Positions 25,988 through 38,700 of a stretch of DNA of 64,000 bases are shown here, piece by piece. The notes beneath the pieces were generated by a model. The model was not told where the DNA came from. It made no database searches and worked only from the letters and a program-made list of their open reading frames with translations. The position numbers and the translations under genes are program-made. Position 1 is the stretch's first letter. Each line of letters starts with the position of its first letter. This DNA is from an uncultured virus (IMG/VR IMGVR_UViG_3300030118_005494) (lineage: Duplodnaviria; Heunggongvirae; Uroviricota; Caudoviricetes): the IMG/VR virus record IMGVR_UViG_3300030118_005494. One strand, given 5' to 3'.

Positions 25988-28096
25988 ATGGGCATATTCA
26001 GTACTCGATACAAAGTCACGGTAGACGTTGTTTCATCGACTGTTATTGACGAAACCTATAAAACTGACTTCACTAAAACTGCTATTCTGCAAGCTGCACT
26101 AGACGAAAATACTACAGTATCTAGTGCACTTAGCCATTCATTACATAAAGGTTTATCCTTTCAAGCAAACCAGTACTTACAAAAAGCCAAAGATATTTCT
26201 TCGTTGGTTTCCCCCACTGAGATAACAAACTTAATTGGTATCCCCTACGAAAGTGTACGGGAAGCTCTTATTGATATGCTGGATCAAGATGTTGTAGTTA
26301 TTGACGCATACAATACAGAAGCAGACCCAGATATATTGGCTAGAGAGTATGTAATAAACAATCTGGAAGGTACTGATACGGGTACTACACTAACGTTTAA
26401 ACATCCAAGTGAAGATACCTCAGTAACGTTTACTGAAGGTGTTTTTGATGAAGCAGAGTTAGTAATTAAATATGTAGACACTAACAGTACAGAATATGAA
26501 ATAAGAGTAGACTACGATTATTTTGATTTTAGTAAGGATTACTTGCATGTTAAGTATTCTTTGGTAAATGAGAGTAACATTAGGTATTGGGTGTATAACC
26601 CAGATACTGCTATGCTGCACTTCCCTAATTTAGAAAAAGTAACGATAGAAAACTTCTCAGATAACTATTACCCAATTTTGATCATTCGAAACAACTTCAA
26701 TGATTTGAATGACACTATAACTGATGAAGAAAGGGGAAAACTTAATAGAGCACTTTCTAAAATCGGAATGGACTTTGATACACTACATAATGAAATACTG
26801 ACGGTAAAAGATGGTAATGATCCATCCCAAATGGAAGACGTGTTTCTTATGTTTGGGTGTGATGTCCTATCTGATGATTTTCATGATAAACGGTATGTCT
26901 ATAAATTTTTCGAAAATGCTTACTTTAGGCAAACATACACAAAAGCAGACTTTGATGCTTGGGCAGCTACTACCCAAAGTAAAAAACAAGAATTAAAACG
27001 CAATATACTTTCTTTCTCAGAAGATAACTCTTTCAAAACAAGCATAGTATTCAACTACATTGAACGTAAAACAATTAATGGAGTTTTACCTACAGGGAAC
27101 AAAGTTGAAGTTGAACTAGATATAGAACCTTCTCATACTATATTTAAAGTAGTGTTATTGGATACTTCCAAAATATACCTACGATTGCAGATAAATCCTA
27201 CGCAATATGTTGAGTACTGTGTACACGGTTTACACCAAAGTCATGAAGTGTATGACAACCCTAAAAACGACAAAACTAAAGGACTGACAATAAACTTAGA
27301 AGATGCTCAAGCATTCAAAGATAATAATGAAAGTAAAGGAATATACTTACCTGTTGCTCGTACCACCTTATATCAGATTCCCGGTACTTATCGTAATTAC
27401 GTCCTCCAAAATAGTCTCCGAGTATTGATATATGCTTCAGATGTTCAGAAGGTTAGGTGGTACGAGCGCAGTATTTTTAGGGTACTAGTTCAGATCATAA
27501 TAATCGCAATATCCATAATCTCACAGAACTACCAAGGTATTGGTTGGGCACTTGCGCTAGAAGTAGTTGCACAGATAGTACTGCACATAATAATAAGTAA
27601 GATTTTGGTTAAAATGTTTGAATTGGTTGTTGGGGTTATTGGAATTGAAAACTCAGCAATTGTTGCAGCAATACTAACTATAGCAGCGATAACCTATGGT
27701 ATCTCATTAGACGAAGCTGCGTTTAGTTTTATTGCAGACTCTATGGAAGTAGTAGATGCATTAATTGAAGCAACGTCCAATGTACTACAAGACGAGTATA
27801 AACAAGCGTTAGACAAGTACTTGGATATGGAAAAAGCTTTTAATGAAGAAATGGAAACATTAAAAGATATCCAAGAAGAACTTAACACAGGTTTAGATAT
27901 CTCAAGAATAATTGCTGATTCTAATGCAATAAATTATATTGAAAGCCCTGATGAGTTTTTTGCACGAACTTTACTAGCTAATCCTGCAGAGTACTCAGTA
28001 AGTGCTGTTAGTAGATTTGTGGATTCAATGTTAGACTTACCTAGAAAGGTAGACACAATAGCGTTATCAGAGAATAAAGGTGGAGACAATGCCTGA
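25988..28096 (+). CDS. N4 gp53-like virion protein with hydrophobic C-terminal helices
   Basis: MGIFS start, KVRWYE followed by several TM-like helices; synteny. Confidence 0.7.
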   Translation: MGIFSTRYKVTVDVVSSTVIDETYKTDFTKTAILQAALDENTTVSSALSHSLHKGLSFQANQYLQKAKDISSLVSPTEITNLIGIPYESVREALIDMLDQDVVVIDAYNTEADPDILAREYVINNLEGTDTGTTLTFKHPSEDTSVTFTEGVFDEAELVIKYVDTNSTEYEIRVDYDYFDFSKDYLHVKYSLVNESNIRYWVYNPDTAMLHFPNLEKVTIENFSDNYYPILIIRNNFNDLNDTITDEERGKLNRALSKIGMDFDTLHNEILTVKDGNDPSQMEDVFLMFGCDVLSDDFHDKRYVYKFFENAYFRQTYTKADFDAWAATTQSKKQELKRNILSFSEDNSFKTSIVFNYIERKTINGVLPTGNKVEVELDIEPSHTIFKVVLLDTSKIYLRLQINPTQYVEYCVHGLHQSHEVYDNPKNDKTKGLTINLEDAQAFKDNNESKGIYLPVARTTLYQIPGTYRNYVLQNSLRVLIYASDVQKVRWYERSIFRVLVQIIIIAISIISQNYQGIGWALALEVVAQIVLHIIISKILVKMFELVVGVIGIENSAIVAAILTIAAITYGISLDEAAFSFIADSMEVVDALIEATSNVLQDEYKQALDKYLDMEKAFNEEMETLKDIQEELNTGLDISRIIADSNAINYIESPDEFFARTLLANPAEYSVSAVSRFVDSMLDLPRKVDTIALSENKGGDNA

Positions 28097-28472
28097 AGAA
28101 GATCTAAATTTAAGTAATATCTTAAATAATTTAACAATGTTTAGTTCTGGCAGCGGAAGTACCCCAGCTACTGGAGCTAGTGGGTTTAACTTTGGTGGTA
28201 TGTTTGGTGAAAATGGTTGGGCAATGCCAGCACTAAATACAATTAGTGGATTGGGTAATCTCTATATGGGTTTACGTAATTTTGGTATGCAGAAAGACCA
28301 GTTTCGCCAAAACAGTCAATTAATGCGAACTAACCTAGCTAATCAAGCTAAGTTAACAAATGCAGCTTTAAATGACCGCCAGATTGCACGTAATGCAATT
28401 AACCCGGGTATTCATGAAGATGCTGCATCCTATATGAGTAAATGGGGTGTATCAGGTAAGTTAGGAGGTTAA
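28089..28472 (+). CDS. N4 gp52-like small ejection protein
   Basis: Gly-rich N-half, NLANQAKLTNAALNDRQIAR motif; start at ATG 28089 after GGAG. Confidence 0.7.
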   Translation: MPEEDLNLSNILNNLTMFSSGSGSTPATGASGFNFGGMFGENGWAMPALNTISGLGNLYMGLRNFGMQKDQFRQNSQLMRTNLANQAKLTNAALNDRQIARNAINPGIHEDAASYMSKWGVSGKLGG

Positions 28473-28473
28473 C

Positions 28474-29694
28474 ATGCCTATTACTTGGAAGAATGTAAAT
28501 CAAGTTGGTTCCACTGGTTCTGGTTTGGGTAGTAATGCTTTAACCGGAATTAACCGTGCCGCAGATAATTTTAATACAGCATTACAGAATATTGCTGAAC
28601 GTGATAAGCGTGAAAAAGAAAAAGCAGGTCAACGGAGCCTAGCAGCATTCCAACAAGGCATAATTAACCAAGACCAACTAGGTCCACTGGATATTAGTCA
28701 ATTAGGTCCAGAAGCTAATCCTCTGGCTGCTGTGACAATGTATTTAGCTGATGAGCAGCGTAGACTAGGTAACACTGAAACTAACGCTGATATCGAAGCT
28801 ACGAAGGCTGGAACAGCGAAAACAATACAAGACACTGCTAACAGTATTATCCAAACCCAGAATGATACGTTAAGAGCTAATACAGGTTCTCGTTTAGCTG
28901 ACAGTAACATTGCTCGTAATGGTGTACTAAACCGTAGTTCGCAACTACAAGACAGAGTTACAAATTATGGTTTTGACCGTAGAGTTCAAGCAGATAAAGC
29001 TAGTGATGTTCAAGCTGTTGTAGATGCAGTACGAGGTTCTACCGGTTTCATTCGTGATGAAAACTTCAAAGATAGTTTAATTTTGGATAACCTACTGACA
29101 GAACAGAATGTAAACCCAGATGGAACTCCATTTGACTCTAACCTACACAGTCAAGGTACTATTGATAATACGTTAAAGTATTTACAAGACCAGATAGCTA
29201 GTAGACAACAATCACGTAATGCACTGTTCAGACAAAACCCTGCTACGGATGATGTAGGTTCATTTGAAGCAGCTGTTGCAGCAGGACTTAAAAATAATGC
29301 TGTAGTATCTCGTGACCCTGAGTTATTTGATGATGAAGGTATTGAGAGTTCTGTTAAATCTGTTGTAGAAACTTTGAATAAAGATCCTGAACTTAAAAAG
29401 TTAGGTATTAGTGTAGAACCTCGCCATGTACTTGAAGTGCTGTCAGGAGATAATGGCCCTGAGTCTTCTTGGTATGATGAGTCATTTAACGCAAGTAAAT
29501 TTGAGACTGCATTAAAAAATCTGATTAGACGTGAAGATGAAATTCGATACGATGAACAAAAATACCTAGAACTATACAACAACTTAAGTAGTGCAGGGAT
29601 TGAAGCAGAGTTGTCTGCTAGAGATTTAGCTAAAAAGATTGCTACTGGTCGAACACCTAGACCAGATAATCCCAGACAAGCCCACGGTTCATAA
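28474..29694 (+). CDS. Ejection/internal virion protein (N4 gp51 position)
   Basis: MPITWKNV start, no Cys seen, AGGAGG RBS, immediately before vRNAP. Confidence 0.65.
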   Translation: MPITWKNVNQVGSTGSGLGSNALTGINRAADNFNTALQNIAERDKREKEKAGQRSLAAFQQGIINQDQLGPLDISQLGPEANPLAAVTMYLADEQRRLGNTETNADIEATKAGTAKTIQDTANSIIQTQNDTLRANTGSRLADSNIARNGVLNRSSQLQDRVTNYGFDRRVQADKASDVQAVVDAVRGSTGFIRDENFKDSLILDNLLTEQNVNPDGTPFDSNLHSQGTIDNTLKYLQDQIASRQQSRNALFRQNPATDDVGSFEAAVAAGLKNNAVVSRDPELFDDEGIESSVKSVVETLNKDPELKKLGISVEPRHVLEVLSGDNGPESSWYDESFNASKFETALKNLIRREDEIRYDEQKYLELYNNLSSAGIEAELSARDLAKKIATGRTPRPDNPRQAHGS

Positions 29695-29699
29695 GAAAT

Positions 29700-29727
29700 A
29701 ACCACCCTACGGGGTGGTTTTTTATTT
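29700..29727 (+). terminator. Rho-independent terminator
   Basis: aaccaccc-TACG-gggtggtt followed by ttttattt. Confidence 0.85.
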
Positions 29728-29772
29728 GGTTAAGGATTAAAGTTATAGCATTCCAGAATTAAAGGTTTAGCT

Positions 29773-32700
29773 ATGGCACGTTTTGTTGAAAACCCTGAAG
29801 AAGGTTCTATTAACCAGTATCCTAATACTCCTGATGTAAAACAAGCAGCGAGTGATTTACTTAAACGTGGATACTCTTCTCAGCAAATTGCAGATACTGT
29901 TGCTAATAACCCAATTAATCCTCAGTTTGGTGCAGCACTAGTAAGTGAAGCACAGACACAAGAACAAGCAAATATTCCTCAAGCTGCCCCTAAGGTAGTT
30001 GATACAACGCAACCAGAAGAAGCTCCGGCTATTAGTGCTGATGTACAAGAAACATTACCTAGTGTTGTGGCTGAAACTCAAAATAGTGTTACAGAAGCAG
30101 TACAGCAAGCTAAATCCAGTATTACACCATACACCCAAACAACTAACCGGGGTACATTGGATACTATCAATGATCTCAGTTTAGATTTGGGTAAAGGTGT
30201 AGTGAGCATTCTAGAAACTGGATACGAATTAGTAAATCTTGGTTTTAAAAATGCGCAGCAACTGACGACTAAACCTAGTGAATTTTTATATCGAATGAAG
30301 CAGGGTGAAAACCCAGTTAATATTTTACGTGACCCAAGTTTTGTTATGAACAATGACTTAGGTAACGCATCTGCTGTACGTAAACTTGCAGACAATGTGC
30401 GAGAACGTATTGATGAATTTCGCTCAGATGCAGGTAAACGCAATGTCAAAAATGCAAGTGAACTTATATCCACACATAGTCAAATATTTGATGAAGATTT
30501 GAAAACTAAAACTGATTCAAATGGGAATAACAGCTGGTGGGATATTGTTCAATCTGAATCAGTAAAAGCTGTTGATGTTATGTCAGTGTATATGGACCAC
30601 CCTGAAACACTAACAAGTACAGCTGTAGAATCTGGATTACAGTTTATTGTTCCTGCCAGTGCTGCAGGTGTATATACAAAAGTAGCTACAAAAGCAGGTA
30701 AAGAATCTGCTGAAGCAATAGCACGTAATGCTGAAAATATTAGTGCTGCTACTATTGGATTAATGGAAGGTACTAGTACTGCAGGTGATGCGGTAGAGCG
30801 TGTACGTGAAACTTCATTAGAGGATTTAGCTCGTACATCCGATTTATATAATTCACTACTAAAAGATGGTGTAAAACCTGAAGATGCCCGGGAATTGGTA
30901 GCACAAAATGTTGGGGATTCGATAGTTGCTTTAAATACTTTAGGTGCTGGTCTGATTAGTAAACTAACCGGTGCAGCAAAACTAGAAGGTAATCTATTTA
31001 CTCAGGCTGGTACCAGTCTTTTAAACTTACCAGTTAAAGCACTTATTGGTGGTGCAAAAGAAGGGCTAGAAGAAGGTGCACAATCTGGAATTGGTACACT
31101 ATCTGATAATCTGTTTACTTCGTTGGCTGCTGATCGTTCAGTTAAGTTACATGAAGGATTAGGTGAATCTGTAGGTATTGGTTTAATCACTGGTGTTACG
31201 TCTGGTACTGCCATGAGTGGAGCAGGTGCGATAGCACAAACTGCGACAGGAAGTAATCCAGTAAGTTATTTAGCTGATTTAAACAAACTTAAAAATGGTG
31301 AAGCTGCTGACGTTACAAATCCAGAGAATAGTAATTACAGCCCGTATAAAGCTATTAGTGCTTTATTGGATTCCCGGGTATTAACTGCAGAACGATTACA
31401 AGACGAAGATAAGAAAAAAGAACACTTAGACCAAGTAGGTGTTCATGTTAAGCGTTTACAGGATATTTGGCGCAATCAAATTGAACGCTATGAAAATGCT
31501 ACTCCAAAAGATAAAGCTGCAGAAGCAGAGAAACTAAATAAACTTACTGATGAGTTCCAAGAAGTAAATTCAGTATGGAAACAATATAACGAATACCTAA
31601 AAGAAGGTGATGTTGCTAAAGCTAAAGAGGTATTTGGAAACCTTGAAATTGCAGATGAAACAACAATCAACAATACCTTAAAAATATTAGGTTCTAGTCC
31701 TGACTCATTCTCAGAAGAGTACTTAAATACTTTAGCCGAAAATGAGTTATTAAACGATGATCAAGTGTCTAATATTGAAGCTATTAAAGAATACAAAGCA
31801 GCATCCAAAAAGTACCTTAGTGAACGTAAAGACACTGCTACTGTTAATGCTAACGTGGTGGTTGGTGGAGTGGGGTATGTTGGTACTCGACAATATTTAG
31901 ACGCTATTAGTAATGCTTTAAGCCGTAATGACACTACTAATGCACAGAAAAGCTATAATGACTTAGTTGCTTTTGCTGACAGACATAAAGCCAAATTAGA
32001 CTTGGCTACACGAACGTTTAATGCAGTTGTAAACAACGAACCAAATGCCAAAGCATTACAGGACGAATTCACTGAAAAGTACTCTAGTGAAGGTACTGCG
32101 TATATTGAAATCAATTCAGCCAGAATGATTGGTAATATGCGTAATGAAGTTGATGTAATGAATAAAGCATTGGAAGCTGCAGAAAGTCAGTTCAAATTAA
32201 CCGAAACTGAAATAGCTCCTGTATCCACTTCTGAGCCTGTTTTACCTGAAACTGATACTACGGAAGCTTCAAGTACTGAATCTCAGCCAGAGATTGCAGG
32301 AGAGGAAGAATTAGACGCAGGAAACATTGCAGAATCGGAGTTTGAATCTGAAATAGCAAAATCAGTAGATATAACTGAAAAGCAAGTATCAAAAACACTG
32401 AAAGATAGCAAACTACCTTTTGTAGATGTTAAGTCTACTATGCGTGAATTTAAAACTGCATTACAAGATTATGCTAGTACATTGGATATTAGTGCTAATC
32501 CAACTAAAGCAGTAAGAAAAGCAGTACGTGAATTTAAAAATGGATTCTCTGATTTTGTTAATGGAACTGTACGGAAAAATGCTCCTACTAATTTTTACCG
32601 TTTAGGTGCCAGAGCAGCGAATACAGCAATTAACAAGATTAATATCATTCCAACCCGGGTATTAGAAAGTAGTGCAGCAGTAGCTGCAAGATTTACTGCT

Positions 32701-35700
32701 AAACGAAGTACAGCATTAGCACATACCGTAAGAGACTTTTACAAAAAAGTTTTAAATGACCCTGAAAGTATTGAAGGTATCACTGCAGAAGATTTACCTG
32801 CATTACGAGTGTTTCGTAGATTTCACCGAAACATAAGTAAACATGTAGATGCTACTCTAGAAAATGTACTTAATGTAAATGGAGAAAACTTCAAAAACTT
32901 TGGGTTATCCGGGTTTGTTAATGAAAACAACTACAATGAAATAAAAGATGCTGTAACTACGAGTGCGTTTGAGTATTTGGGTAACACAGCAGGTAAGGTA
33001 ATTAATGACGATAGTGCTATAGCTGCATTGGTTGGTATTGAAGAAGAAGAAGTAACAGCAGCTCATAGAAAGGTTTATCGTGAGTTAGGGGATACATCTA
33101 GAAATGTATTTGAAACAGTAGGGGCTAATGTTCTACGTCAATTAGGTATATCACCTAAAAAAGATATGACCAAACTAGAGTATGAACGTATTCGTATTGC
33201 ATTAGGGCAAGCAGCAATTGAAGCACTAAATAAAGCTGCTATTGTTGAACGTATTTCACTTCCAAATAGTGTAGCAGTTGACTTAGGTATTGGATTACCT
33301 AATGGGGCTAGTATTGAAGAAAAAACTGATTTTATTCGGTTAGCTAGAACCAGAAAAAACAACAAACCAGAATTACATTCAACCACTAATTATTTTATTG
33401 ATAACTTTGCTTTGTATGGTGAAAGGTATAATCGTATTTTTGGTTATGAAGTAAATACACCTAGTTTTACAGTACCCAAAGTACCAGAGTTAGTTAAACG
33501 AGTAGGAACTAAAATTCCACGTAAATTACGTAATACTCTGCGCAAGCATAGTAAACGTACTTTAACTAAGAAAAGTTCATTTAACTCATTTACAAAATTA
33601 AGTGAACAAACACAAGAAAAGCTTATTGGGGTTGTCTTGGGTGATGGGTTGTCAGAGTTACACGCAGTGGAACGAGACAACATTGAAGGAAGTACTAATG
33701 TACAGTTACGCAGGGATTTAAAGAATAGCCTATTGTGGGGTGAAATTTCAGAAGGAAGGGATTTTTATGTTGGGCATGAAGTATGGTCAAACTTCCGTAT
33801 GGGTATTTCAAACAGCTATGTGAATATCCAAGGAAGTAAAGTAGCTAGAGGATTATTTGGTTACTCTGATCATAATGATGTTATTGACAGCAATGGTGCA
33901 CGACTGTATTTCAAAATGGCAGTACTGCAGTCTTTTGGAGAAAAAATCGAAAGAATGTCAGTAGCTGATATTGAAAGTAAATTCGATTCTTTCATTGCTG
34001 ACCCACAAATTGAATCTGCTATTCAAGCAGTGCAAGATATCGAATCAGGTAAATTTGACACTAAAGACGATGATGTAAAAGCAGATTATGAAAGTTTAAT
34101 TGTAGATGTGATAGAACGTGGTGGAGAAAATCTAGCTACATATCACGCTTTAGTAGCATTGACTAAATACGATGATACAAATGCTTTCCCTACTGATTTG
34201 GCTTTAGAAGTAGATGGTATTACTAACGGTGTTTTATTATCGGTATTACAGTTTGGTGGGTATGGTTCCAACTCCACTAACGTTACGTTGGACGATATTC
34301 GCAGTGGTGGAGTATTCTCTGACGGAACTACTGGATACGCTGAGTTTATTACACAAAATGGTGCTAGAGACTTTTATGAAAAATTAGCAGTTCAGTGGGA
34401 TCAAATGGTAAGTCTTGAACTGCAGGGTGTTAATGAGGATATTCAAAAAGGTTTAGCATTCTTTAATGACAGCATGGTAGACAGCCTAACTGATATTGTA
34501 ACGTCATTTGGCCGTAAGATAGCAAAAGCACCTACTATGGTGTTTGTGTATGGCTCAGGTATGCAAGGGATTATTGATGATTTTCTTGAGAATGAGCTAC
34601 TCAAGTTATATCAAAGAATGGCAAAGATAAACGATGAAAGTGATTTTGATACTTTTGTTGAACATCTTAATTTACTGGATATAGACACTTCAAATTTAAC
34701 ATATCAAAACCGTAGAGAAGTTTTGTTTTTGGATGAAGCTCAAGTTAAAGCATCTTTCCAACCTTATGCTTCAGCACTGAATAATGCGTTAACAAATACT
34801 TTTGATACGTTACTTGAACGCAGAAACACAATTACTGGACTAAGTAACATTGCTACTAGTATGTTTCAGGTAATGTATAACAGTGCTTTGGCTAAACGGA
34901 AAAAAGCGTTAGGTTTGGGTAAAAATGATCTTTTATCTGACGAAGACCAAACAAAGTTATTTGAAGATTTAGTTAAGTATTCACCTACAGTTAATACCTA
35001 CTTATCTGATGGATTATCAGATGGTATGCGCATATTTAAACTAAGCAGAGAATACACAAATTCTGTGGCTACATTGGATTTAGGTAAGAACCCTAGTCGT
35101 AAACTATACGTACAGCCTGATGGTTCATTGGCTCCTGCTAATACAACTTTCAAATCATTGAACAGTAAAATACCTACTATAGGTATTGAGTTACCCGGGG
35201 CAAGTGCAGTAGTTAAGTTAGTACACCAGTTAGATGCAGGTATCATGGAACGAGTATTACGTAACTACACTGTACTAAATGTGCATGATGCTATTTATGT
35301 TAAACCGTCTGAAGCCGCTGACGCGACACAGACTCTTAACTATGCTACTGCATTACTAAGTCAAGATTACTCTATTGTAGATGAAATCGTAGGCATGTAT
35401 GACAGGGTAGAAAAAGGATTTTTACGAATAGCAACAAAACAACAAGACAGTAAAATTCGCAAAACCAGAAAAGGAAAATTAAAGAAAGCAATCCTATCTA
35501 GGTATGCAGTACAAAATGATGTTACTCGTAATCGCTCTGAAATATTCAGTCAAGTAACTAACTGGGACCAGTATTCGTTATATGGTGGTTCTGTGAATGT
35601 GCATGATATCTCTGATTTACAAGAATTAGAGTACACCACAGAAACCGCTGACATTACAGAAGACCTAGAAACAATACTGAATAAAGTACTTTCAGTAGAC

Positions 35701-38700
35701 TCTAAGTACTTAAAATCAAGTAGTGATGTGTTTGGGTCATTTAACCCAAACGAAAGCACAACAATTACTAAAAATACAAGTGAACGTCTGCTAAATGACT
35801 TGATTAAAATGGATAACACAATATCCAGTGAGCAAGAGAATCACTTACGTACTGTACTTCGAGAAATTGTTAATGAGGTGCTTGTTCCAACACAAGTAGA
35901 AATAGAAAACCAAAGCCAAAAGAACATAGGTCAATATCATACTGAACTTAATCGCATAGACTTAAAACTAACAAACAGTTCTGTGAGTGTAGGAAACGCA
36001 GCTGCAAGCGAAGTGTACGTACACGAACTTATACACGCAGTAACTCAGTTAGCAATTGAGAATAACAAAAAACTATATGATCACTTGTATAGTATTTATG
36101 AAAGTGCACGTAAGGTCATTACTGTTGATATGTTGGCTGGACCTAACGCAACACAACAAGAAAAAGACCAAGCACAACAAATATGGAATTATGTATTTGC
36201 TAACACTGTATCTGTTAATGGTGTGAACGCTTCATTACATGAATTCATGGCTTACAGTCTTACTAATGAAAAATTCCGTAATGCACTTAAAAACGTAAAA
36301 GTAACTGGTAATACCCGAGTTAAACGTAATCGTAATACTTATCGTGGTAAGTACAATTCGTCTTTCCTACGTCAATTGGATGGTGTATTTGAGTTTGTAT
36401 GGGAAGTATTTAAAGACATCCTACAAGCTTTAGCTCAGAAAAGATTAGATGTACACAAAACTAGCGCTGATGTTGCTATGTTTGCTTTGGCTAAACACTT
36501 TGCTGAAATCGAAGTTAAAAGCACTAATAAACTTAGTCAGTATAGTAAATACATGGATAAAGCTAACAAAGCTGTAGTGGATACTATTAGCAATTTTATT
36601 GTGTCTCCATTAACAAATTTAGGTAAAAAAGTAGACTCAAACACTAGGGTTTTACGTACTGTGGCTGAAGCTGTTCGAGTTACTTCAAGAGCTAAAGATA
36701 TTACATACGCTGGTACCGCTGAAGCGATGAAAAGCCTAGCTAGTTATATGCGTCTTACTGAAGATAGTTTGGCTAGAGCTATGGCTAATGAATTATCAGG
36801 TGCTACTAAATCTCGTAGAGGTTGGAATCGTTTAATGAGATTGAGTCACCTTATTGTTGACCAAGCAAGAACCAAACAAAAAACAGAAGTACAGCGAGTC
36901 ATTAACGATAAGTTCTACACAGAATTGTCCAAAGAAGAAAAACGTGCATTCTATAATGTTGGCTTACGTTTAGACCTATCTTCGTTACTTCCTGAAACAG
37001 ATGTAACAAAAGAATTATCTGATGCTGAGTACAACAAAAGTAAAGCAGAACGTGAAAACGCTCTGAAACGCATTCTGAGACTACTTGAGGATGAAGGCTA
37101 CTTACGTGATGAAATCAACAGAATTCATTCTGAGATTAGCGCACAGACAACAGCAAAGCATGCAAAACATATTATTGAGTACTCAGATTCACTTGGATTA
37201 GATATTGCGACAGGTGCAATCAACACAGAAAACCATGCAATGAATGCTCACGTAATTGTTAACGCATACAACAATACAACTTTAAGTCCAAATGGGGATT
37301 TAGAATTACTCGAAAAGTTGTCAGATGAGTTAGCTACATTACGTGGCATAGATTATGCAGCACAAGAAGATAAAAAAGTATTTGTAGACAGCTTTTATAA
37401 AGAGTTATCAGCAGCAGAAAGAAACTATGACGATAATGGATTTATGTTTAGTTTGCAGATGCATAACTACTTTAAACGAGAGTCGTTAGATAAACTGTTT
37501 AATGGCAACAAAATTCAAGTAGCTAAAGGTTACATGCGTGAAGAAACTGATCCTTACGTAGATATGATTTTTGTTAAGAAGCATGCAATTCCTTTTATGG
37601 AAAAAGAAGGGTATGTACTTCACAACAAAGCTGCTTATGATGCTCGGGATATTAATCAAGCTCAGTATTACATTATGACCCGGGATACCTTAAGTATTGA
37701 GCCTTGGATGAAGACTACAGTGTCATTCACAGGTAAGCGTGCTATGGGTACCAGACTAGTCGATAAATACCGTCTAGATACTGATGCAGTTGTATCCGCT
37801 ATTGAAGCAAATAATGACAATGAGCAGATAAGTAAAGAGATTGCTAAACGACAACAGAAAGGTAAGTATTACCGGTCTGACGCTGCGCTACGACCTATCT
37901 TTACTCCTTCAGGTAGAATCTCAGGTTATCGTTATGTGATGAACCATGAAAGCCGTGAAAGAATACTAAAACTTAACACTGATTTTGATGCTGCATTAGG
38001 TAGATTAAGTGGAAGTATTCTGGATAAAGTTAACTCTGAAATGATTAACAGAGAAGTCGTTAAAGAAGCTAAATCACAATACGACAAAGCGTATAAAACA
38101 GATGCGACTAACTTTGTTTGGATTGGTCCTGAAGTACGTAATCCTAAACATCGTGAGCTATGGCATCAAATTCCAGATGATATGAAAAAGGCTGTTGAAG
38201 ATATCTGGGGTGTTGAACGTTTTGCAGTAAATAAAGACGACTTCACTAAGATATTTGGCTTCCGTAAATTTGCATTAGCAGATTGGGCACAAAACCAATT
38301 AGAAATTGAACAAAGTATGCGTGACTTCAAAGGTGTTATTCACGAAAGTATTTTACGTGCACTGGCTGGTCATACATCTAGACGTATTGGTCGTGGGTTA
38401 CAAGAACTGACTACAATAGCTAAAGACTCAATTGTAATTAAGACCTTTGATGTATTACTTGGTAACGTAGTAAGTAACATGATCATACTGTTAACTGAAG
38501 GCATGAATCCACTGCGAGCCGGTAAATGGGCTATAGAAGGGTGGAAGTATGCTGAACAGTACCAAGATAACCAAGCTGAAATTGTGGATTTAGAGAATGA
38601 AATTAACTCTAGTCCTAATTTAACAGCACAGGAGATACGTACTAAACAAGCTCAGATTGCACGACTAAAAAATAACATGAGAACTAACCCTGTACACGAT

